Notes under the pieces: model-generated
Database searches by the model: none
What the model was told of the DNA's origin: nothing
The model's input: only the letters and a program-made list of their open reading frames with translations
Made by a program: the position numbers and the translations under genes
In this document: in pieces, positions 1 to 9,504 of the stretch
Layout: the number at the start of each line of letters is the position of its first letter
How positions within the stretch are numbered: position 1 is the first letter of the stretch
Assembly (NCBI GenBank): GCA_963759805.1
Contig: CAVXAT010000002.1
Span: forward strand, 137,479 to 201,478
Reading direction: 5' to 3'
Source of the DNA: an uncultured bacterium
GTDB lineage: Bacteria; Babelota; Babeliae; Babelales; RVW-14
Length of the DNA: 64,000 nt

Positions 1-728
1 AACCTCATGGATTTTTCTTGGTAACAGGTCCAACAGGATCCGGCAAAACAACAACTTTATATGCCATTCTTTCGGAATTGAATAAACCGGGAATAAACAT
101 TGTTACAATGGAAGATCCGGTTGAGTATGCCGTTCCGGGTATTACACAAAGCCAAGTAAATGACAAAGCAGGCTTTAGTTTCCAAAATGGATTGCGCTGC
201 ATGCTACGCCAGGACCCTGATATTATAATGATTGGTGAAATACGGGATAAAATCACAGCGCAAATTGCAATTGAAGCCTCACTTACCGGACATCTTGTTT
301 TTAGCACGTTGCACACAAACGATGCCGCAGGGGCAGTCACTCGGCTTCTTGATATGGGAGTTGAACCATTTCTCATCAATGCTACGTTGACCGGAGTTTT
401 GGCTCAAAGACTTGCTCGTAAGCTTTGCAATAAATGTAAAAGCGAGACAGAATCTAAAAATCCTGACATAAAAAATCTAAAAACTAATTTTGCAGCACCC
501 GGCTGTGCTGACTGCTTTAATCTTGGGCACAAGGGACGCCTAGGCGTTTTTGAATTATTGGTTTTGGATGATCAGATAAGAGATCTGGTTTTGCAAAAAG
601 CTGCAACAACAAACGTTGTGCAACAGGCGCTAAAAACCGGAATGCAGACATTGATGAATGATGGGCTGGAAAAGGTTAATAGCGGACAAATTTCGCTCGA
701 AGAGTTGTATGCAACTGTAACAGTTTAA
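1..728 (+). CDS. Type II secretion / type IV pilus assembly ATPase (GspE/PilB family), C-terminal part; 5' end is upstream of the window
   Basis: Frame is open from nt 3 (..[15 protein letters not shown], Walker A). Also [22 protein letters not shown] (Asp/Walker B box), [13 protein letters not shown] (His box) and a C-terminal tetracysteine CNKC..CADC. Stop TAA at 726-728. Confidence 0.88.
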   Translation, partial: PHGFFLVTGPTGSGKTTTLYAILSELNKPGINIVTMEDPVEYAVPGITQSQVNDKAGFSFQNGLRCMLRQDPDIIMIGEIRDKITAQIAIEASLTGHLVFSTLHTNDAAGAVTRLLDMGVEPFLINATLTGVLAQRLARKLCNKCKSETESKNPDIKNLKTNFAAPGCADCFNLGHKGRLGVFELLVLDDQIRDLVLQKAATTNVVQQALKTGMQTLMNDGLEKVNSGQISLEELYATVTV

Positions 729-744
729 CGTCGAAACCAAAATT

Positions 745-773
745 AAAAGGCCCGGGTTTCCGGGCCTTTTTTT
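745..773. terminator. Bidirectional rho-independent terminator between convergent genes
   Basis: GGCCCGG (749-755), loop GTTT, CCGGGCC (760-766). Flanked by an A-run upstream and T7 (767-773) downstream. Lies between the + strand ATPase gene and the - strand M23 gene. Confidence 0.75.
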
Positions 774-784
774 ATAAGCTTTGT

Positions 785-2002
785 TTAATAAACTCTTTTA
801 GTCCATTCTATAGGATCAACTGAAATATTTCTTACTCGTAACTCCCAATGTAGGTGGTATCCATTGGCATATCCGGTCATTCCAAGATTACCGATTGGAT
901 TCCCCTTTTTAACTATATCGCCAACATTAATATCTGCAAAATTTTCTAAGTGAAAGTAAAGTGTGAAAACTCCGCAACCATGATCCAAAACAACAGTGTT
1001 GCCCGATATTAAAAAGCGATCTTTTATAATAACTCTTCCAATTTGACTTGCCCAAACTACCGCCTTTGGATTATCTATCAAATCAACCCCACGATGCATA
1101 TATCTCCCCAACTCAGGAGTCATTCTTATCTCTCCAAAAGGCGTTGAAATTCGTTTGACATTTACAGGGAATTCAAATGGCCCATGCCACATTTTTTCTT
1201 TGGGTGACTGCTCAAGCCAACGCACAATTGCTTCGTCCAAAACCTTGGCACTTGCGCTAATCTCTTTTTCTTCCTCAAGTTTTTCCTTTTTCACAGTAAA
1301 TCCGCGCTGATGAGGAAATTGGAATTCAATAATCCGGACTTGCGAATTTAGTTTCAAGTTATTATTTACTAGATCTTCCAAACACGCAGTGAGTTGATAC
1401 TCTGCAGCAGCAGTCTCAGTTTCAATTGGAATAAAACATTCATAAGTTGTTGAGCCTTTGGAATCAGGAAAACATTCATATTTTGCAGATAAAAACTCAA
1501 CTTCAGCTTTTGCCAGTTTTTTGTTTGATCGAATCTTAATATGCAACGTTTTGCCCTGATCAACCTTATAACCGGACTCTATAAATGCCGCCATAAGAGG
1601 GCTGTTGTCAACGCAAAACTCTGTCGACTGTACAGCTTTATTTTTATTAAAACTTGAATCTATAGCATAGACATCAAGCTTATGTTTTCCATCCGAATAC
1701 GTTCTAATGTCTGTTGAGATTGGTATTTCAAATTTCTTCGCTCCAACCTTTTTTACCCCATTGAATTCAACCTCTTTCCCATCAATCAAAACACCAATTG
1801 GGGAAATTTTATAACCGGTATCTGCACAAACCGAGAACTTAAGCTCTTTTGCAAATGCTAAGTCAGTCTCAATTCCGCTAAGAGAAAACTTGGGCGCAGT
1901 GCTGTATGAAAAATATGTGTATATTGAACTTGCAATCCAACCTATTACACAGAAAATAACAATACCGCTGACAACCAATGGAAAACGTAATTTGTTAAAC
2001 AT
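785..2002 (-). CDS. Membrane-anchored M23 (LytM-type) metallopeptidase
   Basis: N-terminal TM helix. C-terminal HRGVDL...GNTVVLDHG...GYANGYHLHWELR matches the M23 HxxxD / HxH signature. Confidence 0.8.
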   Translation of the reverse strand: MFNKLRFPLVVSGIVIFCVIGWIASSIYTYFSYSTAPKFSLSGIETDLAFAKELKFSVCADTGYKISPIGVLIDGKEVEFNGVKKVGAKKFEIPISTDIRTYSDGKHKLDVYAIDSSFNKNKAVQSTEFCVDNSPLMAAFIESGYKVDQGKTLHIKIRSNKKLAKAEVEFLSAKYECFPDSKGSTTYECFIPIETETAAAEYQLTACLEDLVNNNLKLNSQVRIIEFQFPHQRGFTVKKEKLEEEKEISASAKVLDEAIVRWLEQSPKEKMWHGPFEFPVNVKRISTPFGEIRMTPELGRYMHRGVDLIDNPKAVVWASQIGRVIIKDRFLISGNTVVLDHGCGVFTLYFHLENFADINVGDIVKKGNPIGNLGMTGYANGYHLHWELRVRNISVDPIEWTKRVY

Positions 2003-2244
2003 ATCCTACTTTCAGACATAAAATTAGATAAAAAATTAGACAATAACAAACCTAGGTCTATAAAATACATCATTTTTAAAGCTCTTCAAATAAAATTTGA
2101 TAATTAATTTAAAATCAACAGTTTTTATCACTTTTAGCGAATTTGGATCTAAATATTGGGTTAAAAAGCGAAAAAACAACACCCATTTGAATAATAGAAA
2201 ATATTCCCATACAATGTAAGTATAGTTTATGTAACAATAACATT

Positions 2245-3246
2245 TTGTATTTTATAGGAATTAACATGAATTTAAGAAAAATATTTTTAATCACAGCTCT
2301 CTTCACCTCTCCATTTTATTTAATTTATGGAATGGATGACAAAATGGATGACGGAAGGGATGATGAATTCCGTTGTTTTTTAGGAGTTCCACAACCATTA
2401 TTAGAATATGAGGCTATGGAACAATCATCTGATGCAACCCATGAAGATTTGCAGATGCAGACATCTGATGCACAATCTTTGGTGGAAAAAATTAAACACG
2501 AAATCACAACTCTAAATCTTACAGCAATTGGGTCACTGTTGGCATCTGAGCCTGCGGCAAGATTGACCAGCGAACAAAGACGAGAGCTCTATCAAGAAGC
2601 ACTCGGCCGTGAGGAAGAAATTTCAAAATTACTTGAAGACGGAATTTGCATATCAGGTGCAGCTGGCAATATAGAAAGAATCATTAGCTATCTTTATGCA
2701 TTTCAGTTTATTGAAAAATTTGAATTCCCTAGAACGTTATTTACCAATCCACCTTATCATCGCAAAATTCATCCTGAAATTGGGCCCAATGTGCCATTAA
2801 ATTCAGTTCTAGATGCATTAATAAAAAACGAGAAGGAAGGTATATTAGTTTGTTGTTTTCATATTTCAGATTCTGAGATAGCAAAATCTTTGATGTTTAG
2901 AAATAGGGTTGGTGTCAAAGTTGAAATTGTAACCAATCAACAACAGGCCGAGAACATGTCAGCAATTAAACTTTTAATTAGAAGTGGCATCGAGGTGTCA
3001 TGTCCAGCTGGACACCGATTCGAAACCGACCATCATAAATTCATTATATTTAAACGTAATATATTAAATAAATGTCTTGTTTGGCATGGTTCATATAATC
3101 CAACAAATTTCTCTAATACAAGCGCATGGGAAGACGTAACAATAGATGACAATCCAGAAGTACACCAACGCTATTCAGCCAGATTTCTGGAAATTAAGGC
3201 CGCCAGTACACGTATGACAATAGATATGCTGCCCAAAACACACTAG
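2245..3246 (+). CDS. Secreted phospholipase D-like / Nuc-like protein with a single HKD-type motif
   Basis: C-terminal DHHKFIIFKRNILNKCLVWHGSYNPTNFS (HxK...GSxN PLD-superfamily motif, one copy). Signal-like N-terminus MNLRKIFLITALFTSPFYLIYG; the in-frame ATG at 2266 is the more likely start. Confidence 0.6.
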   Translation: MYFIGINMNLRKIFLITALFTSPFYLIYGMDDKMDDGRDDEFRCFLGVPQPLLEYEAMEQSSDATHEDLQMQTSDAQSLVEKIKHEITTLNLTAIGSLLASEPAARLTSEQRRELYQEALGREEEISKLLEDGICISGAAGNIERIISYLYAFQFIEKFEFPRTLFTNPPYHRKIHPEIGPNVPLNSVLDALIKNEKEGILVCCFHISDSEIAKSLMFRNRVGVKVEIVTNQQQAENMSAIKLLIRSGIEVSCPAGHRFETDHHKFIIFKRNILNKCLVWHGSYNPTNFSNTSAWEDVTIDDNPEVHQRYSARFLEIKAASTRMTIDMLPKTH

Positions 3247-3311
3247 ATCTAATTCATGTATATTTTAAATAAAAAAATAAACTTGTATAACTGTATCGGA
3301 AATTTGAACTC

Positions 3312-5111
3312 ATGAAAGAGATTGATAGTAAAAATCTAGAAACACAGATCAAAAATCTTCCCAGAAACTCTGGCGTTTATCTTTTTAAAGATTCTCAGGA
3401 TCTTGTTTTGTATATTGGCAAAGCCAAAAACTTAAAAAGTCGCGTATCAAGTTATTTAAAAAGCGATGACATAAAATCCTACTCACTACGGCAAGAGAGT
3501 GAGCATCTAGATTTTATAGTAACAAAAAATGAACTTGAAGCCATGCTTCTTGAAGCAAAATTAATTCAAACGCATCAACCGAAATTCAATGTACTTTTGA
3601 AAACTGGGCAGCCTTTTTTATGGATTCTAATAAGCCAAAATCTATCATCTGTCACATTACCTGAACTTAAGCTTGTACGTAATCAAAAACAGAAAGGCAC
3701 ATATTTCGGCCCATTTTTAGAAAAAAACTCGGCACGAAAGGTTTATGATTTCCTAATCAAGACATTCAGATTAAAACTGTGCAAAAAAAAGATTCCTAGC
3801 GGCTGCCTTGCGTACCACATGGGAATCTGTGCAGGAAAATGTAGACCTGATTTTGATAAAAACAGTTATCTGGAAAGAATCGAGCTTGCAAAGTTTGCAC
3901 TAAAGAACAATCATGCCGAATTTTTAAAACATTTAAAAAGTTTAATCAAAGAACATAACAAAAAGATGGAATTTGAAAAGGCTCGTCAACTTCACAGTTA
4001 TATGGCTGCATTTGAGAGAGTTTTTGATATTCTTGAAACTAAGCCAATAACAAAATTCAAACTCGATGAAAAAGATATCTGGTTTTTAACAGAAGACAAG
4101 TCTGCACTATTTTTATTTAAAGAGAAAAACAGTGTTCTTATAAAAAAAGAGGCTTTTTACTTTCCCAAAGAGTATCAATTGCCAGCCCAGTTTCTGGCTC
4201 CATTAGAACAAACCCTTCGACAGGCTCAGGGTGAGCGCAGAGAGCACCTTGAAGAACCCGCTCGTGGCGCCTGCCCGCCGAAGCTAAACCTAAGCGAAGG
4301 CTGGGAGCTTGTCGAACCATTTCAATGGGTTCTTAAGGCTCAGAAGAGGGCTCAGAAAAACTCTAATATCAAAGAATCTAGTTATCTAGATTTTTTTGAA
4401 AGTTACTATCGAACTTATCCCGCCCCATCAATCATTTTAGTTAATTTTGAAATTGATAATGCAACCCAAAAACTTTATCAAAAATTCATAAAATCTTGGC
4501 ATAAGAAAAGTTATGACGTCTCAATAATAATGAAGCCCGAATCCGGCCACTTTGCCAATCTGATCAAGTTAGCAAAAATTCATGTAGATGCAGAAATATC
4601 AAAACAGGCCACAATTCCAAAAGCACTGAAAAGTCTACTAAAACTCCCAATTGAGCCCCACACTATTGATTGTTTTGATATTTCACATAAACAGGGCATG
4701 TACATGGTTGGATCATGTGTACGTTTTGCCGATAACATCCCGGACAAAAAAAATTTTAGGCATTTTTATATAAAAAGCATAGAACAACAAAATGACTATG
4801 CCGCGTTGCATGAAATTGTTCAACGCAGGTACAGAAATACAAACGAACTTCCCGATTTAATCTTAATTGATGGAGGCAAGGGGCAACTCAACGCCGTCCA
4901 GAAACTATTTCCACAGGCAGAATTTGCAAGCTTGGCAAAAAAAGAAGAAACTGTTTTTTCTAAACGAATTCCTGAGGGTAAAAAACTGAATTTAAAAAGT
5001 TTTGTGGGACAAACATTAACCGCTCTTAGAGATTATGCACACCACTTTGCGATAAGTTTTCATCGCAAAGTGGAACACAAAAATTCATTTGATATTAACT
5101 CAATCGATTGA
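3312..5111 (+). CDS. uvrC: Excinuclease ABC subunit C
   Basis: GIY-YIG N-terminus (GVYLFKD..VLYIGKAKNLKSRVSSY). Endonuclease domain (IDCFDISH...LILIDGGKGQLN...RDYAHHFAISFHRK). Carries a GC-rich in-frame insert at about 4205-4345. The protein ends about 10 aa after FHRK, so no (HhH)2 tail is present. Confidence 0.92.
   Translation: MKEIDSKNLETQIKNLPRNSGVYLFKDSQDLVLYIGKAKNLKSRVSSYLKSDDIKSYSLRQESEHLDFIVTKNELEAMLLEAKLIQTHQPKFNVLLKTGQPFLWILISQNLSSVTLPELKLVRNQKQKGTYFGPFLEKNSARKVYDFLIKTFRLKLCKKKIPSGCLAYHMGICAGKCRPDFDKNSYLERIELAKFALKNNHAEFLKHLKSLIKEHNKKMEFEKARQLHSYMAAFERVFDILETKPITKFKLDEKDIWFLTEDKSALFLFKEKNSVLIKKEAFYFPKEYQLPAQFLAPLEQTLRQAQGERREHLEEPARGACPPKLNLSEGWELVEPFQWVLKAQKRAQKNSNIKESSYLDFFESYYRTYPAPSIILVNFEIDNATQKLYQKFIKSWHKKSYDVSIIMKPESGHFANLIKLAKIHVDAEISKQATIPKALKSLLKLPIEPHTIDCFDISHKQGMYMVGSCVRFADNIPDKKNFRHFYIKSIEQQNDYAALHEIVQRRYRNTNELPDLILIDGGKGQLNAVQKLFPQAEFASLAKKEETVFSKRIPEGKKLNLKSFVGQTLTALRDYAHHFAISFHRKVEHKNSFDINSID
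4213..4318. repeat. GC-rich palindromic repeat element, in-frame inside uvrC
   Basis: Local GC is far above the flanks. Inverted repeat TTCGACAGGCTC (4216-4227) / GAGCTTGTCGAA (4305-4316). Motifs CCCTTCGA, CTCAGGGTGAGCG and CCCGCTCGTGG are shared with 26041-26115; GCCTGCCCGCCGAAG is shared with 12834-12848. Confidence 0.6.
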
Positions 5112-5450
5112 ATCTAGTTTTGTAAGCAAGTCGACAGCCCCTGACATATTTTCTTTCAATTTTTCTTTGCAAATTTCAATATTATTCATGCAGATTGAAT
5201 GTTCAGGATTGTGCGCAAGCGCCAAAGTATAAGATTTGATGGCATTTTGAAAATCACCTCTTCGTTGTGAAAGTTTTCCCAAATCATAATAAAGCTTACC
5301 CATATCTTCATTAAAATCATTAACAGAGTAACCACCATAGTCCTGATCGCTACTACTTTTAAAGAAAGGCAAAAAAAACCATACGCACATAAATAAAATA
5401 GCAACCCAAACAACCGGCACTTGCATTCGTAAAACCATCATCATCTCCAC
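5100..5450 (-). CDS. Small membrane-anchored TPR-like protein
   Basis: N-terminal hydrophobic helix. One TPR-like unit: YYDLGKLSQRRGDFQNAIKSYTLALAHNPEH. The 3' end overlaps the uvrC stop by 12 nt. Confidence 0.4.
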   Translation of the reverse strand: MEMMMVLRMQVPVVWVAILFMCVWFFLPFFKSSSDQDYGGYSVNDFNEDMGKLYYDLGKLSQRRGDFQNAIKSYTLALAHNPEHSICMNNIEICKEKLKENMSGAVDLLTKLDSID

Positions 5451-5488
5451 CCAAATATCAAAATAGCCCTTATTATTTTGTTAAAATA

Positions 5489-6445
5489 TTATTTTTTGTT
5501 AAAAAGTTCTTTAATCGTTGTAAGCGAACCCATCAAAGCTGTAGCCTCATAAGGCATCATTATAATTTTATCGTCTTTGCCTTTTGTAATCTCAGGCAAT
5601 GTTTTAATGTAATTAATTGCAACCATGTATGGCAAAGGATCAGCGTTGGGGATAGCTTTTCTGACAACTTCAATTGAATCAGCTTCTGCTTGAGACAAAA
5701 TCAATCTGGCCTCAGCCTCTCCCTTTGCACGAGTAACTTTAGACTGATAGTCACCCTCAGCACAAAGAATTGCCGATGACTTTTGTCCTTCTGCTTCCAA
5801 AATCAAGGCACGACGATCACGCTCTGCTCTCATCTGTTTTTCCATTGCCTGCCGAATGTCAACAGGAGGCATAATCTCTTGTAACTCAACTCTATTAACT
5901 TTGACGCCCCATTTTTCGGTTGCATCATCAAGCACGTGCCTCAATCTCTCATTAATTCTATCACGCGACGTTAATGTTTCATCCAAATCCATCGAACCGA
6001 TTATGTTTCGCATGGTAGTTTGTGTCAGTTTTTCAATCGCAAGGGGAAGGTCTGCAACTTCATAAATGGCAGCCTTAGGATCAGTAATTTGATAGTAAAG
6101 TAAAACGCTTATTTCGATCGAAACATTATCTTTAGTTATAACACTCTGCCTTGGAAAGTCATAAACGGTTTCTCGTAAATCAATTCTATCAATAAAAGAG
6201 TTATATCTGTAAGTAACTTTTCCGCGAGGATCATCTTTTAAAAGAGTCCAGTAAACACTTCTGGGTTGATCCATAAATGGCACAACAAAATGCAACCCAG
6301 AGGTAAGCATCTTGTGAAAACACCCAAAGCGTTCAATCATAACAACTTCAGCTTGCCTGACCAGATAAGTTGATTTCAGAAGAGCTGCAAGCAAAAATAT
6401 AAACAAGACAGCAAAAAATACGGAAATAATCATTGTAATCATCAT
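5489..6445 (-). CDS. SPFH/Band 7 (stomatin-like) protein
   Basis: N-terminal TM plus an SPFH core (VRQAEVVMIERFGCFHK..GLHFVVPFMD..ITKDNVSIEISVLLYYQITDP..RNIIGSMDLDETL). Ala/Glu-rich coiled coil follows. Confidence 0.85.
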   Translation of the reverse strand: MMITMIISVFFAVLFIFLLAALLKSTYLVRQAEVVMIERFGCFHKMLTSGLHFVVPFMDQPRSVYWTLLKDDPRGKVTYRYNSFIDRIDLRETVYDFPRQSVITKDNVSIEISVLLYYQITDPKAAIYEVADLPLAIEKLTQTTMRNIIGSMDLDETLTSRDRINERLRHVLDDATEKWGVKVNRVELQEIMPPVDIRQAMEKQMRAERDRRALILEAEGQKSSAILCAEGDYQSKVTRAKGEAEARLILSQAEADSIEVVRKAIPNADPLPYMVAINYIKTLPEITKGKDDKIIMMPYEATALMGSLTTIKELFNKK

Positions 6446-6945
6446 AAACTCCTAACAACAAGCTTGTTACCCTGAATATCAACAATTTTAACAACAGTGC
6501 CAATTTGCAACATAGAGCCATCTCTTATAATTGCCCCCCACAACTCTCTATTAACTTTGACCGCCCCAGGTTGATTCACACTAATTGGTTCAACAACTAC
6601 CGCCTCTTGCCCAATCAACGCATCAACATTTGTTTTATTATCAAGATTTTTGGTTTTGTGTGTTGCAAAAAAAGATTTAATAGCAATGAAACAGACTGCC
6701 CCACCCAGAAGTGCAATCACAATTTGAAAAATTATTGAGAAATCAAAAAAAGCTACGATTGCAGCACACACGGCACCACATGCAAAGGCAACGAAAAAAA
6801 ATAACCCTGGAGTTGAAAGTTCAAGAAGAAGCAGTACCAGAGCAAGAATCAGCCACACATAGGGCGTATATCCAAGATATTGAACCAGTAAATTATTATT
6901 AAGTTCCCTATAATATTCTTTCATAGTCCAAAAATATTCTTTCAT
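6442..6945 (-). CDS. NfeD family membrane protein
   Basis: Multi-TM N-terminal half and a C-terminal OB-like segment (GQEAVVVEPI..GAVKVNRELWGAII..VKIVDIQGNKLVV). ATGA 4-nt overlap with the downstream SPFH gene, the classical nfeD-stomatin operon. Alternative start at 6924. Confidence 0.7.
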   Translation of the reverse strand: MKEYFWTMKEYYRELNNNLLVQYLGYTPYVWLILALVLLLLELSTPGLFFFVAFACGAVCAAIVAFFDFSIIFQIVIALLGGAVCFIAIKSFFATHKTKNLDNKTNVDALIGQEAVVVEPISVNQPGAVKVNRELWGAIIRDGSMLQIGTVVKIVDIQGNKLVVRSL

Positions 6946-7312
6946 AAAGCCCTCTTCTTTCGTAAAGACCTATACATCGGTTAAAATATAATTAGATTTT
7001 ACCAGAACCCCATAAAATCTAAACAAAAATCTGTCATACCTACAAAATATCTTTGCCAGCCAAGCTTTAAAGCCAACCCAACAACAAATATTTTCAAACA
7101 AGCAAAAACTGCCGATCAGCTTGCACTATTCTTTCAAGCATAAATTTTTATATGCCAAACCAGCACATTATCTTGATTATCGTCTTAAAACATGTAAAGA
7201 TAAACAATCGACTAAAGTAATAAAGGTTATCAAAAAGCTACTGACTCTCGCAAATTATAATTTAGATAATAATCTAGAAAATTAACGGTTTATTGAAAAT
7301 AAGGGTTTATTC

Positions 7313-8104
7313 ATGAATAAAAGTTTCGTTAAGACACGTCTTGTAAAAACAAGTTTTCTAATCCTATCTTTAGGCGCAGCAACATTTATCTGTGGCTGCA
7401 GTAAACAAAAAAGCCGAAATGAACTAGGATATGAAGAGCTCAAACAACAGGCTTACGCAGATTTAAGTAATAAAAAAGAGGATTCTGCATCGGAGTACTT
7501 GGAAGAGATAGTGACACGTTTTGCCGACCGCCAGGATATCTCGCAACACAAATTAGCCTTAGCCGAAACCTATTTTAAACTTGGAAAGTTCCCATCAGCT
7601 TACGAACTTTACAACAATTTTGCACAATTCTATCCATCCGATGAAAATGCAGAGTATGCAAAGTACCGTGCAATTCTTTCAAAATTTTACCAAACTCTAA
7701 ATCCTAACTGCGACCAGACAACAACAATTGAGGCAACCAAGCTTTGCAAAGAGTATCTTGATACCCCTGCCTACAAAAAGCATGCCTCTGATGTACGTGA
7801 TATACAACATACATGCGAATTTAAGCTAATAGACAAAGAGGTTTACGTATTTAATTTTTATTTACATCAAAAAAAGTACGTTGCTGCGCAAAATCGCATA
7901 AATTCATTAGAAAAAGAGTATTTACCTAAGAATCCAAGCCTTGAGGCCCGCATTCTTTACCTGAAGTGTCAGCTGGCAAAAAAACAAAAAAAGAACACAG
8001 AATTTAAGCAACATCTTGAACAGTTATTAATGAAGTTCCCGGATTCACAATTCACGCAACTGGCGCAGGGAATTAAGAGCAAACCTACTGATATGTTCTT
8101 TTAA
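7313..8104 (+). CDS. bamD: Outer-membrane assembly lipoprotein BamD/YfiO-like (TPR lipoprotein)
   Basis: Lipobox LGAATFICGC. TPR-like helices with the typical ..LAETYFKLGKFPSAYELYNNFAQFYPSDENAEYAKYR.. pattern. Size about 260 aa. Confidence 0.55.
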   Translation: MNKSFVKTRLVKTSFLILSLGAATFICGCSKQKSRNELGYEELKQQAYADLSNKKEDSASEYLEEIVTRFADRQDISQHKLALAETYFKLGKFPSAYELYNNFAQFYPSDENAEYAKYRAILSKFYQTLNPNCDQTTTIEATKLCKEYLDTPAYKKHASDVRDIQHTCEFKLIDKEVYVFNFYLHQKKYVAAQNRINSLEKEYLPKNPSLEARILYLKCQLAKKQKKNTEFKQHLEQLLMKFPDSQFTQLAQGIKSKPTDMFF

Positions 8105-8125
8105 GCCGCGCCATACACATAATTC

Positions 8126-8497
8126 ATGACAATCACAAACAAAAAATTAGTTGGAATAACAGGAGAGCAAGCCGTTGAAAAATGGCTTGCTCTTAATAAT
8201 TTTAAGATTCTCGCTCGCAACTACAGTATTCGATATGGCGAAGTGGACCTGATCGCACAGCATGATGACGTCATCGCTTTTATAGAAGTAAAAACCCGAA
8301 AAACAGAATATTTTCCAACTTCACTTGTCGTGAATAGATCCAAGCAACTCAAAATTATAAAAGCTGCCAAGCATTTTGTCTTGCAAAATCAAATTAGAGA
8401 CAAAGTCTTACGATTCGATGTCGCAACCGTTCATTTAAAAGAAAATAATGAGCACGAAGTTACATATATTCCAAATGCCTTCATGAGACCGGAGTAA
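8126..8497 (+). CDS. yraN: YraN family (UPF0102) endonuclease-like protein
   Basis: GEQAVEKWL..NFKILARNYSIRYGEVDLIA..VIAFIEVKTR matches the YraN signature. 123 aa. Confidence 0.8.
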   Translation: MTITNKKLVGITGEQAVEKWLALNNFKILARNYSIRYGEVDLIAQHDDVIAFIEVKTRKTEYFPTSLVVNRSKQLKIIKAAKHFVLQNQIRDKVLRFDVATVHLKENNEHEVTYIPNAFMRPE

Positions 8498-8694
8498 CAG
8501 ACAGCCCTTTTATTAAAAGCAGCCAAAAATAGTTCAAAAATGCCCATTTTTTACGTTTTTTTTAATTTAACGGCAATTTAATGGCAGTTTAATGGCAATA
8601 CCAAAAAGATCACCCAATTTAATAAGAGATCTTGATGCTCGCCAACAGTTCAGGCCAAATTTAAATAAAAAATTATTTTGAGCATTAAAATTTT

Positions 8695-9504
8695 TCAGCG
8701 ACCATCAATTTCAAATTCTTTTTTCAAATAACTTTGTTCAATAGGGGTAAAGGCACACCATGCCAAAATCAATTGAACCGGATCACCATCTTTGTTCAAG
8801 TGAGGCAGATTTACAATATCATAAAATTCATTCATTCTGTTTTGTTTTTTGAGATATTTAAGAATCAAAATTAATAGAACTTGATTAAAATCTGTAACAT
8901 TACGACATATCATTAAAGGGACAGCAGGTATTCCCGCCCAAGTGACCACATATTTGCCATCAGGACTCCATGCCCCCGATTTCCTCCGGCCGTTTGATGT
9001 TACTTCGTATAGATCAAATGATGCCCCTTCAATAATATCTCCCTCGGGATTCAATGCTACCGAGCACATCGAATCTTTATACGATGCAAGCGTTCTGCAT
9101 TCTCCTGTTTCTACATTCCATTCCCTTGCCGTTCCATCAGATAATACCCCTGCAATATATTCACCATCAGGACTCCATACTACTGAGCTCATCCGTCTTT
9201 CACTCTCAGCACCCAAGGTTTTGTGCAACACAAAAAAATCGGGTAATAAGCTCGCTGCCAAACCTTTTGGCACTTCAGGATCTTCACAATACTTTTCAAA
9301 AAAATTTAATTTTTCAAAAAAGTTTAACGTTTCGACATCCCCTGCAATCAATTTTTCTATAAAAGCGTCTGTTTTCACAATACTCGCAACACATGCAGTA
9401 CAACTTTCCTGCAATTTTGGCATAGCAACCAAAACTGTTTTTTGAGAGCAAGTGATCAAGGGTAAAATCAAAAATAATTTTGTTGTTTTAAATAAATTTT
9501 TCAT
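8695..9504 (-). CDS. Secreted WD40-repeat protein, short paralog of 9501..10604
   Basis: Signal peptide. WSPDG(E/K)Y WD-type repeats. A 151-nt N-terminal segment (9237-9387) differs at only 2 positions from 10292-10442. Lacks one repeat and the C-terminal extension of its neighbour. Confidence 0.7.
   Translation of the reverse strand: MKNLFKTTKLFLILPLITCSQKTVLVAMPKLQESCTACVASIVKTDAFIEKLIAGDVETLNFFEKLNFFEKYCEDPEVPKGLAASLLPDFFVLHKTLGAESERRMSSVVWSPDGEYIAGVLSDGTAREWNVETGECRTLASYKDSMCSVALNPEGDIIEGASFDLYEVTSNGRRKSGAWSPDGKYVVTWAGIPAVPLMICRNVTDFNQVLLILILKYLKKQNRMNEFYDIVNLPHLNKDGDPVQLILAWCAFTPIEQSYLKKEFEIDGR

Noticed and set aside
5-379. 124-aa minus-strand ORF overlapping the GspE/PilB gene
   Set aside because: It is antisense to a strongly motif-supported ATPase gene and has no motifs of its own. 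This is a typical shadow ORF.
8569-8601. Three tandem 11-nt units (AACGGCAATTT AATGGCAGTTT AATGGCAATAC) in the yraN-WD40 spacer; considered as CRISPR, iteron or operator
   Set aside because: It is too short, has no spacers and no neighbouring cas or rep genes. It could be a protein-binding site with helical phasing, but there is no supporting evidence.
8942-9445. Plus-strand ORFs (8942-9445, 9054-9362, 10162-10500, 10196-10417) opposite the WD40 paralogs
   Set aside because: They recur only because the underlying WD40 genes are duplicated. The minus-strand frames carry the recognisable repeats and signal peptides.
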